From contig NC_089432.1 in NCBI RefSeq assembly GCF_026210795.1, positions 4,526,001-4,590,000 of the forward strand: a stretch of DNA of 64,000 nucleotides. The letters run 5' to 3'. This DNA is from Rhizophagus irregularis. Its lineage: Eukaryota. The position numbers were made by a program, and so were the translations under genes. Below the pieces are notes generated by a model. It did no database searches. It saw nothing but the letters and a program-made list of their open reading frames with translations, and had not been told where the DNA came from. Numbering within the stretch: the stretch's first letter is position 1; each line of letters opens with the position of its first letter. Positions 14,115 through 27,976 of the stretch are shown in pieces.

Positions 14115-15131
14115 TTACAAATTATCAATTTTTTTAAATTTATCTAATTTATGTTGTGCATTTTGAGATCCTTGTTTGGCAGATTTTTTATACCAATAAA
14201 TTGCATTATCTACATCTTTTGTAATTCCTTTTCCGTACTCATACATAATACCAAGATTATATTGTGCTATCATATTTCCCAAATTTGCTGACTTTTGATA
14301 AAATTCAAATGCTTTTTGCTCATCAATATTAGTTCCAATACCTTTTTCATAACAATATCCTAACATTGTTATTCCACCCGAGTATCCTCCTTCAGCTGAT
14401 TGCTTACACAATTCAAAAGCTTTTTCATAATCTTTTTCAACACCAATTCCATCTTCATAACATAGTCCAAGATTACACATAGCTTTTATATTTCCATTAT
14501 TTGCAGCTTTTTCATACCAATAAATAGCTTTTTTTAAATCATTTTTAATTCCTATCCCACTATAATATAAGTAACCAATTTTTAATTGTCCATTAGCAAA
14601 ATCTTCATTAGCCACTTTATCATAATATTTAAACGCTAATTTTTTATTTTTTTTAGTTCCATATCCATATTGATAACATTCACCAACATAAGTTTGTGCT
14701 AATATATGATCTTTTTCTGATGCGCTAATAAATAAATTAAATGCTTTCTCATTATTTTTATTTATTTCAATTCCATGATAATTAAAATATCCAAGTAAAA
14801 AAATTGGATTTGACCCATTTTGATTATTTATTAACCAATTATAAATTTCTTGTGAATTAGTATTTGAGTTATTAAAATATTCAATAACTTGTTCATTAAT
14901 TAATTTTCCTTCAATTCCTTTATTTGTCAATTTAAAAATTAAATCATTTACTTTATCAACTATTATATCAAATCCTTTTTCAAACGAAAGTTTTTCTCGT
15001 TCATTTGTAGTTGTTATAGGATCAATTTCTTTTATATTCATTTTGTCAAAATATTGAAAAAAATGAGATAATTTTTCTTGTAATTCTGAATTATTGGTAC
15101 TTAAAATTTGCATTTTCTTATTATTAGACAT
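14115..15131 (-). CDS. C1: intronless kinase-less Sel1-like repeat protein (338 aa)
   Basis: Single ORF; MSNNKKMQ joined to ILSTNNSELQ linker, then about 6 SLRs. Confidence 0.88.
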   Translation of the reverse strand: MSNNKKMQILSTNNSELQEKLSHFFQYFDKMNIKEIDPITTTNEREKLSFEKGFDIIVDKVNDLIFKLTNKGIEGKLINEQVIEYFNNSNTNSQEIYNWLINNQNGSNPIFLLGYFNYHGIEINKNNEKAFNLFISASEKDHILAQTYVGECYQYGYGTKKNKKLAFKYYDKVANEDFANGQLKIGYLYYSGIGIKNDLKKAIYWYEKAANNGNIKAMCNLGLCYEDGIGVEKDYEKAFELCKQSAEGGYSGGITMLGYCYEKGIGTNIDEQKAFEFYQKSANLGNMIAQYNLGIMYEYGKGITKDVDNAIYWYKKSAKQGSQNAQHKLDKFKKIDNL

Positions 15132-16494
15132 ATTGTAATTGAAAAAGAGTTTTTTTAAAAAAATGATACGATTGAATGTGAGAATGTCAAATGTTAAAAA
15201 AAAAATTTTTTTTTTTTTTTTTTTTTTCTGAAACGCCTTTTACGTATTTTATGCGGGTTTTTCTCCGATTGTCACACAGCGCCATCAGTATCACCAAACA
15301 AAAATGGTCTATCATCCGACATTAAACACCGCAATTTTGGGAAAAATTATAAATGATCAGAGCTGTGGATTTCCATATTAAGTAATTCCGGCCCATTGCG
15401 AAATTTTTCGGACGCTATTAATGACACTGGGTACTCGCTCTGAAACTTTTTAATAATTAAATTTCTTGAAAATATTATAATTTAAATATTTTAAATAGAA
15501 ACGTTTTCATATGACAAAAGTTTGAAATTTAATCAGCAGCTCACGAATAGTGAATTTGATTTTTTAAATTCTTACAGTATAAATACATAATTATTTTATC
15601 AGAAACTGCAGAAACTGTGATCCTATCATTTAATGATGACATCAAATTTGTCATACTTGCGATTTTTGTGATCTAATAAACAACTTAAGATGAGCGATAT
15701 TTTGATTGTGTTTCACGAACTTTAAATTTGTGTTGCCAACTGCCAAGTATGGATTTTCTATAAACAAAATTTGAAATTTAAACCTTTAAGGTAATCATCG
15801 CTGAAATATTTAATAAATATTTTGATTACAAGGATACAATGTACATCGGTAATTATGAATATACTGTAAAATTTGTTAAGTCTTCTTCGATCCTATAAAA
15901 AAATGTTCAGAAATAATACAAAATAGAGTACAGTATACATAAAATGTCTATAGAATGTCTATATTGGACTCGGATTTTTTTTGTACATTTTTATATAGTG
16001 AGCCCTTTTTGCATATTTTCTATATATTTTATAAACATGATATTTTACATTTAATGATACTGTATATTTTACATTTATTTTACGTAAAAAATCATATCAC
16101 CTTTAAATAAATCTTAATATTTATATAAATGTTATTAAAATAAATTTATGTAAGCTTTTTATTTTTAATAGTATTCGATGAAAAAATATGAAAAAAATTG
16201 ATGCCAGTTAACGATCCTTAAAATTGAGATTGATTTAATGAATTCGTTCAGAGTTATCATCAAATGAATTATAACTCAAACTTGATATTTTATATGGCTT
16301 AATAAGACCCCGGAAAAGTCTCATATAGGTGAGAATTTACCATTAGATTTAAGCGTCTCTTTCAGGGCCAGAATTATAATAATGTCAGTCAGTATCTAAA
16401 GAAGGAATAGTTTTCTGACTAGAATTGTCAAAATTATCCATAAAAAAGAATGATCTACATAATTATTATCTACGCGAAGATTTTTTTTTACATA

Positions 16495-18092
16495 CTAGGC
16501 GTAACCCGTCGCTTTGCGCCGGGGATTATACTTGCCCACCAAGTAAGAGACTAATAATAACACACTTACATTTTAATTGTCATGCAGTGTGAATAGGTTT
16601 ATTAGTTTTTACTATAATAATAATGGCATTAGTAGGGAATAAATGTAATAAATCACATAATTTATATGATTATACAAATAACAATGAATTATGTGTAAGT
16701 GTTATACAGTATATGAAATATTATTATTAAATGCAAATTTTATTTATCACACGGAATAAAATGTTGCAGTGCTGTGAAATTTACAAATTCATTACAAAAA
16801 CAATTTTGTATAAGTAGTTTATTGTTATATTGTTATAAAAAAAATCATTTTTTTTTATCTTAAAAAATTCTATTGTAGCATTAAAAAAAATTACATCCTC
16901 TGTTAAAAAAAAATACATATATATTGTTACTATATCTCAAAGAAATTCATTATAGCAATCTATTGTTATAAAAAAAAAAATATCTCACTAATTAATATGA
17001 AAAAAAAAAATTCCCAGAAAAAAAATTAATGACGATCTAATGTCATGAAAAAAAAATTCCCCATAAAAATTAATATAGTGATCTATCATCACGAAAAAAA
17101 AATATTTGTACAAAAAGTAAATAAATAAGTAATATGTTAGCCTATTATTGAGCTTGATACAACTTAAAAAATAACAATATTATTGATAATAAGAATCGGG
17201 GGCGCCGCAACATCGATCCGATCACCGATCCAAACCTAAATGGCGAAAGAATGCATTCGGGAAAAGAAAAATGCAGTTTGAGAGAAAAAAGCCAAACCGA
17301 AAAAAGAAAAAGGGAAAAAATTTTTTTTGGATTTGAAAAAAGGCCAACCGAAAAAAAAATAATAAAAATTCGAAAAAATAAAAAACGAAAAAAAAAATTG
17401 AAGGAACAAGGAGAAAAATCGGGTTGAAAAAAGAAACCGAAAAGGAATAAGAAAAGAAAAAAGAAAGAAAAAATAAAAAAAAAATTCGAAAGAAAAAGAA
17501 AGAAAAATTGGGGTTAAAAGAAAAAGGATAAAGAAAGAAATCGGTTTAGAAAGGGAAATTTTCGAAAAAAAGGACGATAATTCGGTCCAAAATGACCGAA
17601 AAAAAAATTCAAAAAAAATTATTAATACGGTCTAAAAAAAGACCAAAAAAAAAAAATAATATAAAAAGAAATCGGTCTTAAAAGACCGAAACAATATTTC
17701 GGTTTTGGAAAAAAAACCAAATCTAAATGGGGAAAAAAAAAGACAAAAAAAAATTTCGGTTTAGAAAAAAAAACCAAACCGAAAAAGAAAGAGAAAAAAA
17801 AAGGAAAAGAAAAAGGTGTTTCGAAAGAAAAAAAAGAAATTTGAAAAAAAGGAAACAACCGAAAGTAAAGATCGGTTCAAGAAAAAAAAACGAAAATTAA
17901 AAAAAGGGGAGCCAAATGATTTAGATCGGTCGGAAAAAATAAATATTTGAAAAAAAAAATTTCATTGGATTAGATGTATAACATGACTTGCCGATCAAGT
18001 TGGTCTTAACTATGGATCAACAATTCAAAATTAATTTATACAGGCTAATCTAAACGTTAGTCACACCATTATATGGATTGGGGTAGTATCGA
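16495..18092 (-). mobile_element. Non-autonomous Helitron-like element (5' end approximate)
   Basis: Minus-strand 3' end CTAG followed by T at 16495-16498, GC hairpin cccgtcgc-ttt-gcgccggg at 16505-16523; A-rich aaccgaaa/tcggtt tract 17280-17960; motif caattcaaa..ttatacaggctaatctaaa at 18021 shared with the 28-30 kb element. Confidence 0.62.
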
Positions 18093-18479
18093 TAGTTTAT
18101 CGTTTCAAGCATATAGTGTATTTATTGTAAATTCACCAATTTATCTTCAAATTAAAGGCGAGTTATTGATTTTTATCAGTTAGTTATGCTTTCAGATCCT
18201 AGGTTTCTGAGTTCTGAATTTTCAGTTTCAGTTTTTAGTTAAATTCATTTCAGTATCAAATGTATTTATTATTACTGTTTCACTTAATCGAACAATAATG
18301 AATTAATTAAAATATTAAAAAAACGTGTGCTGTTGCTTCTGTTGATGCTTAAATTTTTTTATAACAAAAATATGTTATGTGCAGGTGATGTGTAGATGTT
18401 CATTGATACTTATATATAAATTTACTATATATAATAATGTTGACAAAATTTAATGTAGAATAAAATATTGAAAGTAATG

Positions 18480-19300
18480 AATTTAATACAAAATTTACAT
18501 ATCTGTAAAAACTTAAAATTTCTAAGAAAATTTATTTGATAATAAAATATTTGGAACCTTTATATATAAATCCGAATAAATATAAAATCAAATATAATTA
18601 TACTTGATAACCTAACTCATTTGTCTCCTTTGAATTTATTAAATCAAAGGAAATCTTAATAAATTTTAGATCTGTAAATTTAAAGTATTTGAAGATATTA
18701 GATATATTATATAACAATCCACTTCCATTTTAAGATCTAAATTTAACTAATTTCAATCCATAAGATTAATAATTACGAACCTAGTAGAAAATCTGAGGAG
18801 TACGCAATGGAAGCAGGTTATCGTAAGTTTAAAAAAGTATAATTCATATTGTAATTAATATTATTCTGGAAATCATTTGAAGATTAAAATTAGACTTTCC
18901 TGATTGTGATACTATTGTGATAAAATAAAAAAATATAATCAGACAAAACAAACTGTCCAAATATAAATTAAAAATATGCAACAGCAGTATTTTCAAAAAA
19001 ATATGAAGCTCGGGAGAAATTAGAAAATATTTTCATCGGGTGTCAATACTTGGAAGCAATAGATATAGATGGGAAAATTATGGATATACTGTATATTGTG
19101 ATAAATTCCTGGATTTGTTGATTAAATTAACACCACTCACTCTTTATACAACATTCACATTAATCGATTTAGGTATTTTAATAAGAATCTTTAAAACGTT
19201 TTTAATAATTAGAATAGTAAAGATGAAATTCATATCATCGTTTTTATGGAAGTGCATAATTTTATTGAAGAATACAAAATAGAAGGTATAATTTAGTTTA
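18480..19300 (+). pseudogene. Possible decayed LRR/F-box-like gene relic
   Basis: Broken frames with Leu-rich fragments (LDNLTHLSPLNLL, VNLKYLKILD, FIEEYKIEGI); judged by eye only. Confidence 0.25.
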
Positions 19301-19803
19301 ATTATTATGATTATGATTTTGGAATCATGAAATTACATGGCTAGAGTGTATGAAATATATAGATAATTTTACTTGATATAATTCCATATTTTCCATATTC
19401 CATCCACTGTTTTATACTTTAGAAATTTAATATCTAAAATTGCTTGTGATCATTTCAATTTTCAATTTAATGATTCACAGCACGTTTTTTATGATGTATG
19501 TATGGACTTAAATATTATTTATTCGTATGATAATAAATAAATTTATTATAATTATAAAATAAAAAATAATTATATTGTCAATAAAAAGAAAAAATTTTTT
19601 TTACAGATAATAATAAAACATTGCAAGTTGAAATTTTACGTAAGTCAAAATTTAGACTTTATTTTTCACCTATAAAGGGGAATTGAGATATAGTAAAAAA
19701 TCATAGTATTTATTGTGCAATTAGCATAATCTCTTTTTTATATAAACAGTTATATCACATAACAAATCCTTTCCGAAATTATTCCTCACGTCTTCTTGTA
19801 CTA

Positions 19804-20135
19804 CTACCTCTTCTTGTGTTGAAGTAAACGTACTCTATCTAAAAAAATTGAAAACATTAGAATTAATCTGATAAAGAAACCAAAGAACTCTTTGGTCTTT
19901 TGAACTACACTTCTGCACCTTACTGTCCAAATCAGTTTTCTTAAGGACCTCAACAAAGCGAGATCAATGTTAAATTGAATGTGACTCAAAACTAAATTGT
20001 TGATATGAAAGATATTCATGCTACTCCAATAGGAATTTAAGCATATTAGTAATTTTCTATTTTCCAGTTGTGCAACATCAATATCTATAGGCATTGGACC
20101 TAAATAGCCCATAGATGTCACTTCGAATTGTCCTC
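19804..20135 (-). pseudogene. Possible LTR-retrotransposon gag relic
   Basis: GPMPIDID motif and a degenerate CX2CX4H-like stretch (tgcagaagtgtagttcaaaagaccaa); no pol or LTR seen. Confidence 0.25.
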
Positions 20136-21084
20136 AGTCATTATAAAAGTAATATAAATTGTTTAATTAGCGAGACTTCACCTATAAAAATTTTTGGTAC
20201 AATTTCATTGGTAATTATGAAAACAATATTAATTAAAAAATTAGTTAAAAAAATTTCTTTGTTAATATTAGGCAGCTATTATAATTTTTCACATGATTTC
20301 GTATTTTGTAAGATATTGTATATAACTTTTTTTTTTTATTAAATAAAATTAAAAATGTTAGAGTAAATAGTCATTTATAATAAAATCAACAGCGTATAAT
20401 AAGAGAAAATATTAAGTAATTATTATTTTCTTTATCTCTTACCATTTTCGACTAATTATTCATAATGACAAAGAATCGATAAACAAGTAATAATTTTTAG
20501 GTACTTATTAATAAAAGCATTAAGTAAAGTTAATATTTCAACAAATTGAGGTAATAAAAAGACTATTAACGGATAATTAAAATAATTAAGAAAATTCGTA
20601 AAATACTTTTACAGTCACGGAAAACTATTAGCTGTGATGATAAATCAAAATGATATTTAATAATCAATATTGTAAAACAAAAATTCTAATTTCTAGTCTT
20701 TATAATTTCATCATTGAAATATTTCTTTTACATAAATTTTAAAATTTTTTGCTTTAGATAAAGTATTATATTAGTACTATCCTCTTTCATGATCTTTTCT
20801 TATATATGATTACTATTTCGTAAGGTAGTAGTACTGAGAGGAAGAGTTAATTGTTTTAAGTCCAATTAATTTTTGAAAAAAAAAAATATTTCAATCTCTG
20901 AGTTCATAGTCCCAGGATGACATTTTAAAAACTAAAAGGAAAATTATATATGGTTAATTTAATCATAACAAAAAAAATGCTTACTATAAAAATCATTAAA
21001 ATTTTATTTAATAAGTCATTTTATTTATTATATAGAGTAGTATATTTATTATTTTATAAATTAAAAAATGTTGCAATTTATTGA

Positions 21085-22077
21085 TTACAAATTATTAATT
21101 TTTTTGAAGTAATTTAACTTATGTCGTGCATTTTGATATCCTTGTTCGGCAGATTTTTCATACCAATAAATTGCTTTATCAATATCTTTTGTAATTCCTC
21201 TTCCAAATTCATACATAATACCAAAATTGTATTGTGCTAACATATTTCCCAAATTTGCTGATTTTTGATATAATTCAAATGCTCTTTCCTGATCAATTTT
21301 AGTTCCAATACCTTTTTCATAACAATATCCTAACATTGTTATTCCACCTGAATATCCTGCTTCAGCTGATTTCTTACACAATTCAAAAGCTTTATTATAA
21401 TCTATTTCAACACCAATTCCTTTTAAATAACACTTGCCAAGATTTGACATTGCCATCATATTTCCATTATTTGCAGCTTTTTCATAATAATAAATAGCCA
21501 TTTTTATATCCCTTTTAATGCCTATTCCATTATAATATAAGTAACCAATTTTTAATTGTCCATTTGCAAAATTTTTATTAACCACTTTTTCATAATATTT
21601 AAAAGCTAATTTTTCATTTCTTATAATTCCATATCCATATTGATAACATTCACCAACATAAGTTTGTGCTAATACATGATCTTTTTCTGATGCATCAATA
21701 AATAAATTAAATGCTTTCTTATTATTTTTACTTGTTTCAATTCCAAAATAATTAAAATATCCAAGTAAAAAAATGGAATTTGAACTATTTTGATTATTTG
21801 ATAACCAATAATAAATTTCTTGTGAATTAGTATTATAACTATTAAAACATTCAATAACTAGTTCATTTATTAATTTTCTTTCAATACCTCTATTTGATAA
21901 ATTAAAAATTAAATCATTTACTTTATCAATTACTATGTCTAATCCTTTTTCAAACAAAAGTTTCTCTCGTTCATTTGACACTGTTATAGGATCAATTTCT
22001 TTTATATTTATTTTGTCAAAATAAGTATTCCATTCATTCGTATTTTCGGTATTTTGCATTTTCTTATTATCAAACAT
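21085..22077 (-). CDS. C2: intronless kinase-less Sel1-like repeat protein (330 aa)
   Basis: Homologous start MFDNKKMQNTENTNEW at 22077 fused via NT to YFDKINIKEIDP; about 6 SLRs. Confidence 0.85.
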   Translation of the reverse strand: MFDNKKMQNTENTNEWNTYFDKINIKEIDPITVSNEREKLLFEKGLDIVIDKVNDLIFNLSNRGIERKLINELVIECFNSYNTNSQEIYYWLSNNQNSSNSIFLLGYFNYFGIETSKNNKKAFNLFIDASEKDHVLAQTYVGECYQYGYGIIRNEKLAFKYYEKVVNKNFANGQLKIGYLYYNGIGIKRDIKMAIYYYEKAANNGNMMAMSNLGKCYLKGIGVEIDYNKAFELCKKSAEAGYSGGITMLGYCYEKGIGTKIDQERAFELYQKSANLGNMLAQYNFGIMYEFGRGITKDIDKAIYWYEKSAEQGYQNARHKLNYFKKINNL

Positions 22078-23397
22078 ATTGAATAATAATAATAATTGAC
22101 GATTAAACGTCAAAGTTGTAAAAAAAAAATTTTTTTTTTCATAACCCCTTTTTAAGATCGTCCTCCGACTGTTACACAGCGCCATCAATATCACCAAAAC
22201 AAAAAAGCCGTCCATCATAAGCCGCAGTACCACAGTAATGCCTTCGCGATCATGTGATTTTTGGAAGTTACACATGCCGGTTACATGTGATTTCGGATAA
22301 TCATTTCCTGTAGAATTGTAAGATCTTTAAAATTTTATTTGTAAAAAAAAATAAAGTTTTGAACCAATATTCGGTGCAATATTTTGAATTTATGTTCTTT
22401 ATATTTTTAATATACGGTAATTATTCCCAATGCATCATATTTTTATTACGAGTTATTGGCAATTTGGCATAACTTGACAATTGCACTATAATATCATTCA
22501 TTTTAATATTTGAAAGAACATTCTTTAACCACAAATGTTGTAACGTCGTATTAGCTTACTATTATGTGACTCTTCTTTTAAATGAGTTTATAAAAAAGGA
22601 TATAGTGAAGAGAAAGAAAAAAAAAATATAATTGATAATTTGTCTAATTTGATTAAAATGAGATCGATTAGCGGCGTTTATTCACTAACACGTGCGTGAA
22701 AGTGTTCGGAGACAAATAATGCGTGACAATTAAGATTTCACATACTCAAAAAAAATTCGTCAATATCATAAACAGTGAAATTCGAAGGGAGTGACATGTG
22801 ATGAATTAAACCATGATCATGTATGTAATCACAATTTTTGTCGGTGCGACTGGCCCAATAAATTTTTTTTAGCATTGAAAAATTGTCAAAAAGTTATATT
22901 TTAAGAAATAATTCGGTGTTTTCAGCTCTTATGAAAATGGTTTTATGGAAATGGTATCTATTATTACTATGTAAAACCTCCCTAATTTTTACAATGTATG
23001 TGATTTTTTTTAATTCACTTAGAACTGCGCATACACAATTAAAAATTATCGATATCTAAATTAAGAAAATTCAATTTTATTAGAATTTAGCGAACTTTAT
23101 GAATTAGTTTTTTGTTTGGCTAATAACAAGAAGTAAAAATTAAGATTCATTGATATAAAAAGTTTTTTTTATTACAATTACTTTTCAAAAATAATATGAT
23201 AATACTCTTATTATTATAAGAATATGGCAACAGTTTAATTATCTTTATAAATTCCTAATACTTACTTTCCTTTTTTTTAAATATAAATATTTCTTTAAAC
23301 TAAATCATAGATAGAATTTAATTTAGAAACATGATATGTCATAAAAAATATACTGTGCATGTAATAGTTATTTCACAAGGAACTGTGATTCTGACTC

Positions 23398-23744
23398 TAG
23401 AGTTTGGAATCGATTAAGACGGTTAATCGATTAAGGTATCTCAAAAATCGGTTAATCGATTAAAATTATTCAAACCATAATTCTGGTCAAATTATCTAAT
23501 GCGGCCCAGAGCTGTAAATTTTTGGTCACGTGTTCTCTGAACTTGGACGAATTTGTATTAATTTTTTAATAATCATAATAATAAAATAAGACTTTCCTAA
23601 AACTAAATGTATGATCAAAAGTAATTTGGTGCAATCTGCGGCCAAAAAAAAAAAAATTTAATGTATTTAATATTAATCGATTATTAATCGATTAGGGCCC
23701 TTGGTTAATCGATTTAAGGTTTTTTTGGTCGGTTCCAATCTCTA
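23398..23744. mobile_element. hAT-type MITE
   Basis: TIR tagagtttggaatcga / tcggttccaatctcta, 8-bp TSD tctgactc/gctgactc, ttaatcgatt subterminal repeats; absent from paralogous ~30975-31010. Confidence 0.78.
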
Positions 23745-23869
23745 GCTGACTCAATAACTTATATCATGATTCCGTACCATAAAGCCTTTTAATATACTTA
23801 TTTGAACTAATAATGATAAAATTTATTCCAATATTGATAGACTACTTACCCATCTTTTTAAATAAATAG

Positions 23870-24060
23870 TATCACCCGTAAGAATATATCTAGAAAAAAA
23901 ATCAAGAATTTTAATTAGGAACCGTGTGGAATAAAAATTATATAATTACTCCATCAATAATCTATAGCTGAAGTTAAAAAGATTTTAATGCCTAGCTTTC
24001 ATAATAGACTTCTCCAGAACAATTTTTTTGAATATTGCTAAAATGACTTTGAATTACTTA
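23870..24060 (-). pseudogene. Decayed kinase exon-1 relic (copy at ~31110-31295)
   Basis: Reverse strand reads HFSNIQKI..GEVY..ALKSF followed by a gtaatt donor, with stops and indels. Confidence 0.5.
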
Positions 24061-25392
24061 TGATTTTAGGTTTATTGACAATAACCTATAAAAACCAGTT
24101 GTAGAAGCATTCGAATGTAAAGAGATTTTTTGCAAGAAACAATTTTTTTGTTAAGACGTCTTATGGTTTATTTATTTATAAATAATGATGTCATTAAATT
24201 ATAATGATGCATGAACAGTAGTTTTCAATCATATCATAGTATTTATAAACTCTATGCTATATTTTACGAAAGTTTTATTTCATTTCATTTTACTGATTTT
24301 TGATTTTTTTTTAACTAAAAATAGAATATTGTATAATTTATTCAGATTTCAGATATAGAAACTTTACAACCTTAATTTGTACTCAGTTGTTGCAATATCA
24401 CTTATAATAAAAGAAAAACAATGAATATTGAATTTTAATGCATGGTTTATAAAATTTTCGGTATCCAAAGTTTGTGGTTATTAACTTTAAGTGATTATAA
24501 TTTAGGTTAACATTAAACTGAAGTCTATTAGTCGATTATCTCATTATCTATTTATTCAGTAATTTATGATGAGCGAATAAAAATGCCCAACGATATTATG
24601 TTCGCTGAAATTTTGCCAATGGTAAAGACTTGTTAAAAAATATCATATGTTATTTCAATATCATGTTGTAGAATGCTATTAACTTGTATTTAAGATAGAG
24701 AAAAATGAAAATTTACATCTAAATATTTTGTAATTTAGACTACTAGCAAAGATAATAAAGTATAGTGGATAATATTAGCGATTTGAAATTACAATTTAAG
24801 GAAAAGTGTCATTTTTGAATAATGTTTACAATTAGTAAATATAATACACATAATTTATGATAAAAATATTTTCAACTTGATAATAAATTTCATATTTTAT
24901 TTAAAGAAAAAGAGTTGCCTTAATACTATTATCTCTCATGTTCTTTTCTTACATATATACAATAATTTCATAAGACAATATTGAGAAATAATCTAGTATT
25001 TTTTAAGTTCAATTAATTTTTCAGAAAGAAAATAAGTAATTTCAAATCCTCGTGAATTTTATAATCTTAGAATAACATTTTAATTTAAAAGGAAACAAAT
25101 ATATCAAGTTAATAATAAAAAAAATGTCTATCTATAAAAAGGATAAGAATAAATTTCAATTAGATATTTATTTAAATCATATTTTGCTACAATTAATTTT
25201 TTTTTGTTACATTAATTCATCATTGTTTCACATGTAAATTTATGAATTTTTAATATATAAATTGTTACAAAAAATGATGAAATTTTATATATTTTTAGAG
25301 TACTATTTTTTACTAATAAACTTAACAAAAGTAATTGATTTAATTGAATTACATTTTATAACGTAATAAAATGAGAATTTATAACTTAGTTA

Positions 25393-27668
25393 TCATATAT
25401 TTTTTCGAAGTATTTCTAATCTATTCTTTGCATCTTGACCTCCTTGTTCGGCAGATTTTTCATACCAATAAATTGCTTTGTCTATATCTTTTGTAATTCC
25501 ACTTCCATTTTCATACGTAACACCAAGATTATATTGTGCTACCATATTTCCTAAATCTGCTGATTTTTGGTATAATTCAAATGTTTTTCGCACATCAATT
25601 TCAATTCCAATACCATTAAAATAACAATATCCTAACATTGTTATTCCATTTGAATATCCTCCTTCAGCTGATTGCTTGAACAATTTAAAAGCTTTATTAT
25701 AGTCTTTTTTAACATCATCGCCGTCTTTATAATAATGACCAAGATTATACATAGCTACTATATTTCCATTATTTGCAGCTTTTTCATACCAGTAAAAAGC
25801 CTTTTTTACATCTTTTTTAATACCTATTCCAATGCCATAAAAACGACCAATCTCTAATTGCCCTTGTGACAAATTTTTATTAGCCAATTTTTTATAATAT
25901 TCAAAAGCTAATTTTTTATTTTTTGTAGTTCCATTACCATATTCATAACAATTCCCAACAAAATATTGCGCAAGTATATGATTTTTTTCTGATGCATTAA
26001 TAAATAACTTAAATGATTTCTCAGCATATATACTTGTCCCAATTCCCCTAAGATTGAAATATGCAAGTAAAAAAATGGAATTTGAACTATTTTGATTATT
26101 AGATAACCAATTATAAATTTCTTGCAAATTAGTATTACTATTGTTAAAATATTCAATAAATTGCTTTTCAACTAATTTCCATTCAAACCCTTTATTTAAT
26201 AATTTAAAAATTAAATCATTTGTTTCATTAACTATACTGTTGAAATCTATTTCAGTTGAAAGTTTCTCTTGCTTATTTGACTCTGCTATAGTATCAATTT
26301 CTTTTGTATCCATTTTATTAAAATTATGAATAAGTCGAGATAATTCTCCCTGTGATTCTGAATTATTAATACTTGAAGGGACCTCATTAAATTCATGATT
26401 GTTAGATAATTGAGGAGTTTCTTTTAACCAATCAACTACTTGAAATATAGTTGGACGATTATTTGGCTCACCATCCCAACATTCTAAAAGAAGACAAAAT
26501 ACAACTTAAGATTGACTAAAATAACTTCAAATATATAATTAAAATTAAAAATTTTTTACTTACTAGTATAAATTTTTATATATTTATCGGGTGTATCAGG
26601 AACAACTGTTTCTCTAAGACCTTGTGAAATTTCCAAAATTAAACTAACATCATAATGTTCACCATCAGCATAAAAAGGAGGCTGTCCACTTGATAATTCC
26701 CATAATAATACTCCAATACTGTAAACATCACTTTTTTCGTTTAATGAATACATTTGGTTATTGTTATTTCTTCTCCTGCTAAAACTTTTTGGATCAACAT
26801 AAGGAATCATCCCAAATAATTTGGATTGAACATTAGATGATGCCCCGATTCTTTTTGATAACCCAAAATCTGCTAATTTGATCGTGTTTTGATGGACTAA
26901 TATATTGCCAGAGTGCTATTAAAAATGTAAGTAAAGCAAATATATAATTGATGTGAATAATAAAAATAGATTACTACCAACGATGTAAAATAATAATAAA
27001 TAGATTACCAAGTCACGATGGACAACGCCCTCAATATGTAAGTATGATACAGCGCTGGATAACTGGTACGCCATAAGGTGCTTATCATTCCAAGTAAGTG
27101 TACTAAAGGTATTCTTCAAATAGTTTCGAAGACTACCACCGTCTGCATATTCCATTACTAGCATATAATTAATACCGTTATCATGGTTTTCTGAAAATAA
27201 AAAAAAAAACATTAAAAATGTACTTTATGAAGAAAATTCAAAATATTACATTTAAAATTATTATAATACCTGATTCAAATTTAGTTATTCCATGACAACG
27301 TATTATATTATCATGAAGGTCAACTTCACGTTGAATTTTTAACTAAATAAAAAAATTCAAATTTTAAATAAATTAGACTAATAAAACAAAGAATAAAAAA
27401 AAATTATTATATAATAAGTTACCTCACGAACAATTTCTTTCACAGTGATGTTGTCAAGACTAAAAAAAGATTTTAATGCTAAATGTTTTTCTAAATTTTT
27501 CCAATTTGCACGGTATACTTTTCCAAAACCTCCAACACCAATTTGTTGAAAGTTACTAAATTGGTTGTATTCGTAAAATTTTAAGTGCTCTTTGGCGATA
27601 GCTTCATCAATCCAATTAATCCATTCATTCGAATTTTCAGAGTTTTGCATTTGCTTATTATCAGACAT
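25393..27668 (-). CDS. B1: TKL-type protein kinase + Sel1-like repeats, 5 exons
   Basis: Start MSDNKQMQ at 27668; [38 protein letters not shown]; 30-bp in-frame linker deletion relative to B2; about 6 SLRs. Confidence 0.9.
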
Positions 27669-27976
27669 ATTGAATAATAATAATAATTGACGATTAAACG
27701 TCAAAGCTGTAAAAAAATTTTTTTTTATAACGAAAATGATGACCCCTTTTTTTAAGACCATCCTTTGATTGTCACACAGCGCCATCAGTATCACCAAACA
27801 GAAAGGCTGTCCATCATAAGCCGCAGTACCACAGTAACGCCTTCGCGATCATGTGATTTTTGGAAGTTACACAGGCCGGTTACATGTAATTTCGGATAAT
27901 CATTTTCGGTAGAATTTTGAACCAATATTCGGTGCATTATTTTAACTTCATGTTCTTTATATTTTTAATATAATTA

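Noticed and set aside
14115..15131. Bacterial origin or HGT of Sel1 genes; naming as SKT5/CHS4 or HRD3
   Set aside because: Composition matches the host and they derive from intron-containing neighbours; shared SLRs do not establish orthology.
17622..17858. Phe-rich 78-aa ORF
   Set aside because: Translation of the A-rich repeat tract in the Helitron-like element.
22078..22275. N-terminal ORF extensions of C2 (also B1 to 27797, B3 from 38670, A1, A2)
   Set aside because: They run through the upstream element and homopolymer tracts and are not in frame across paralogues; the conserved start is M(S/F)(D/N)x.
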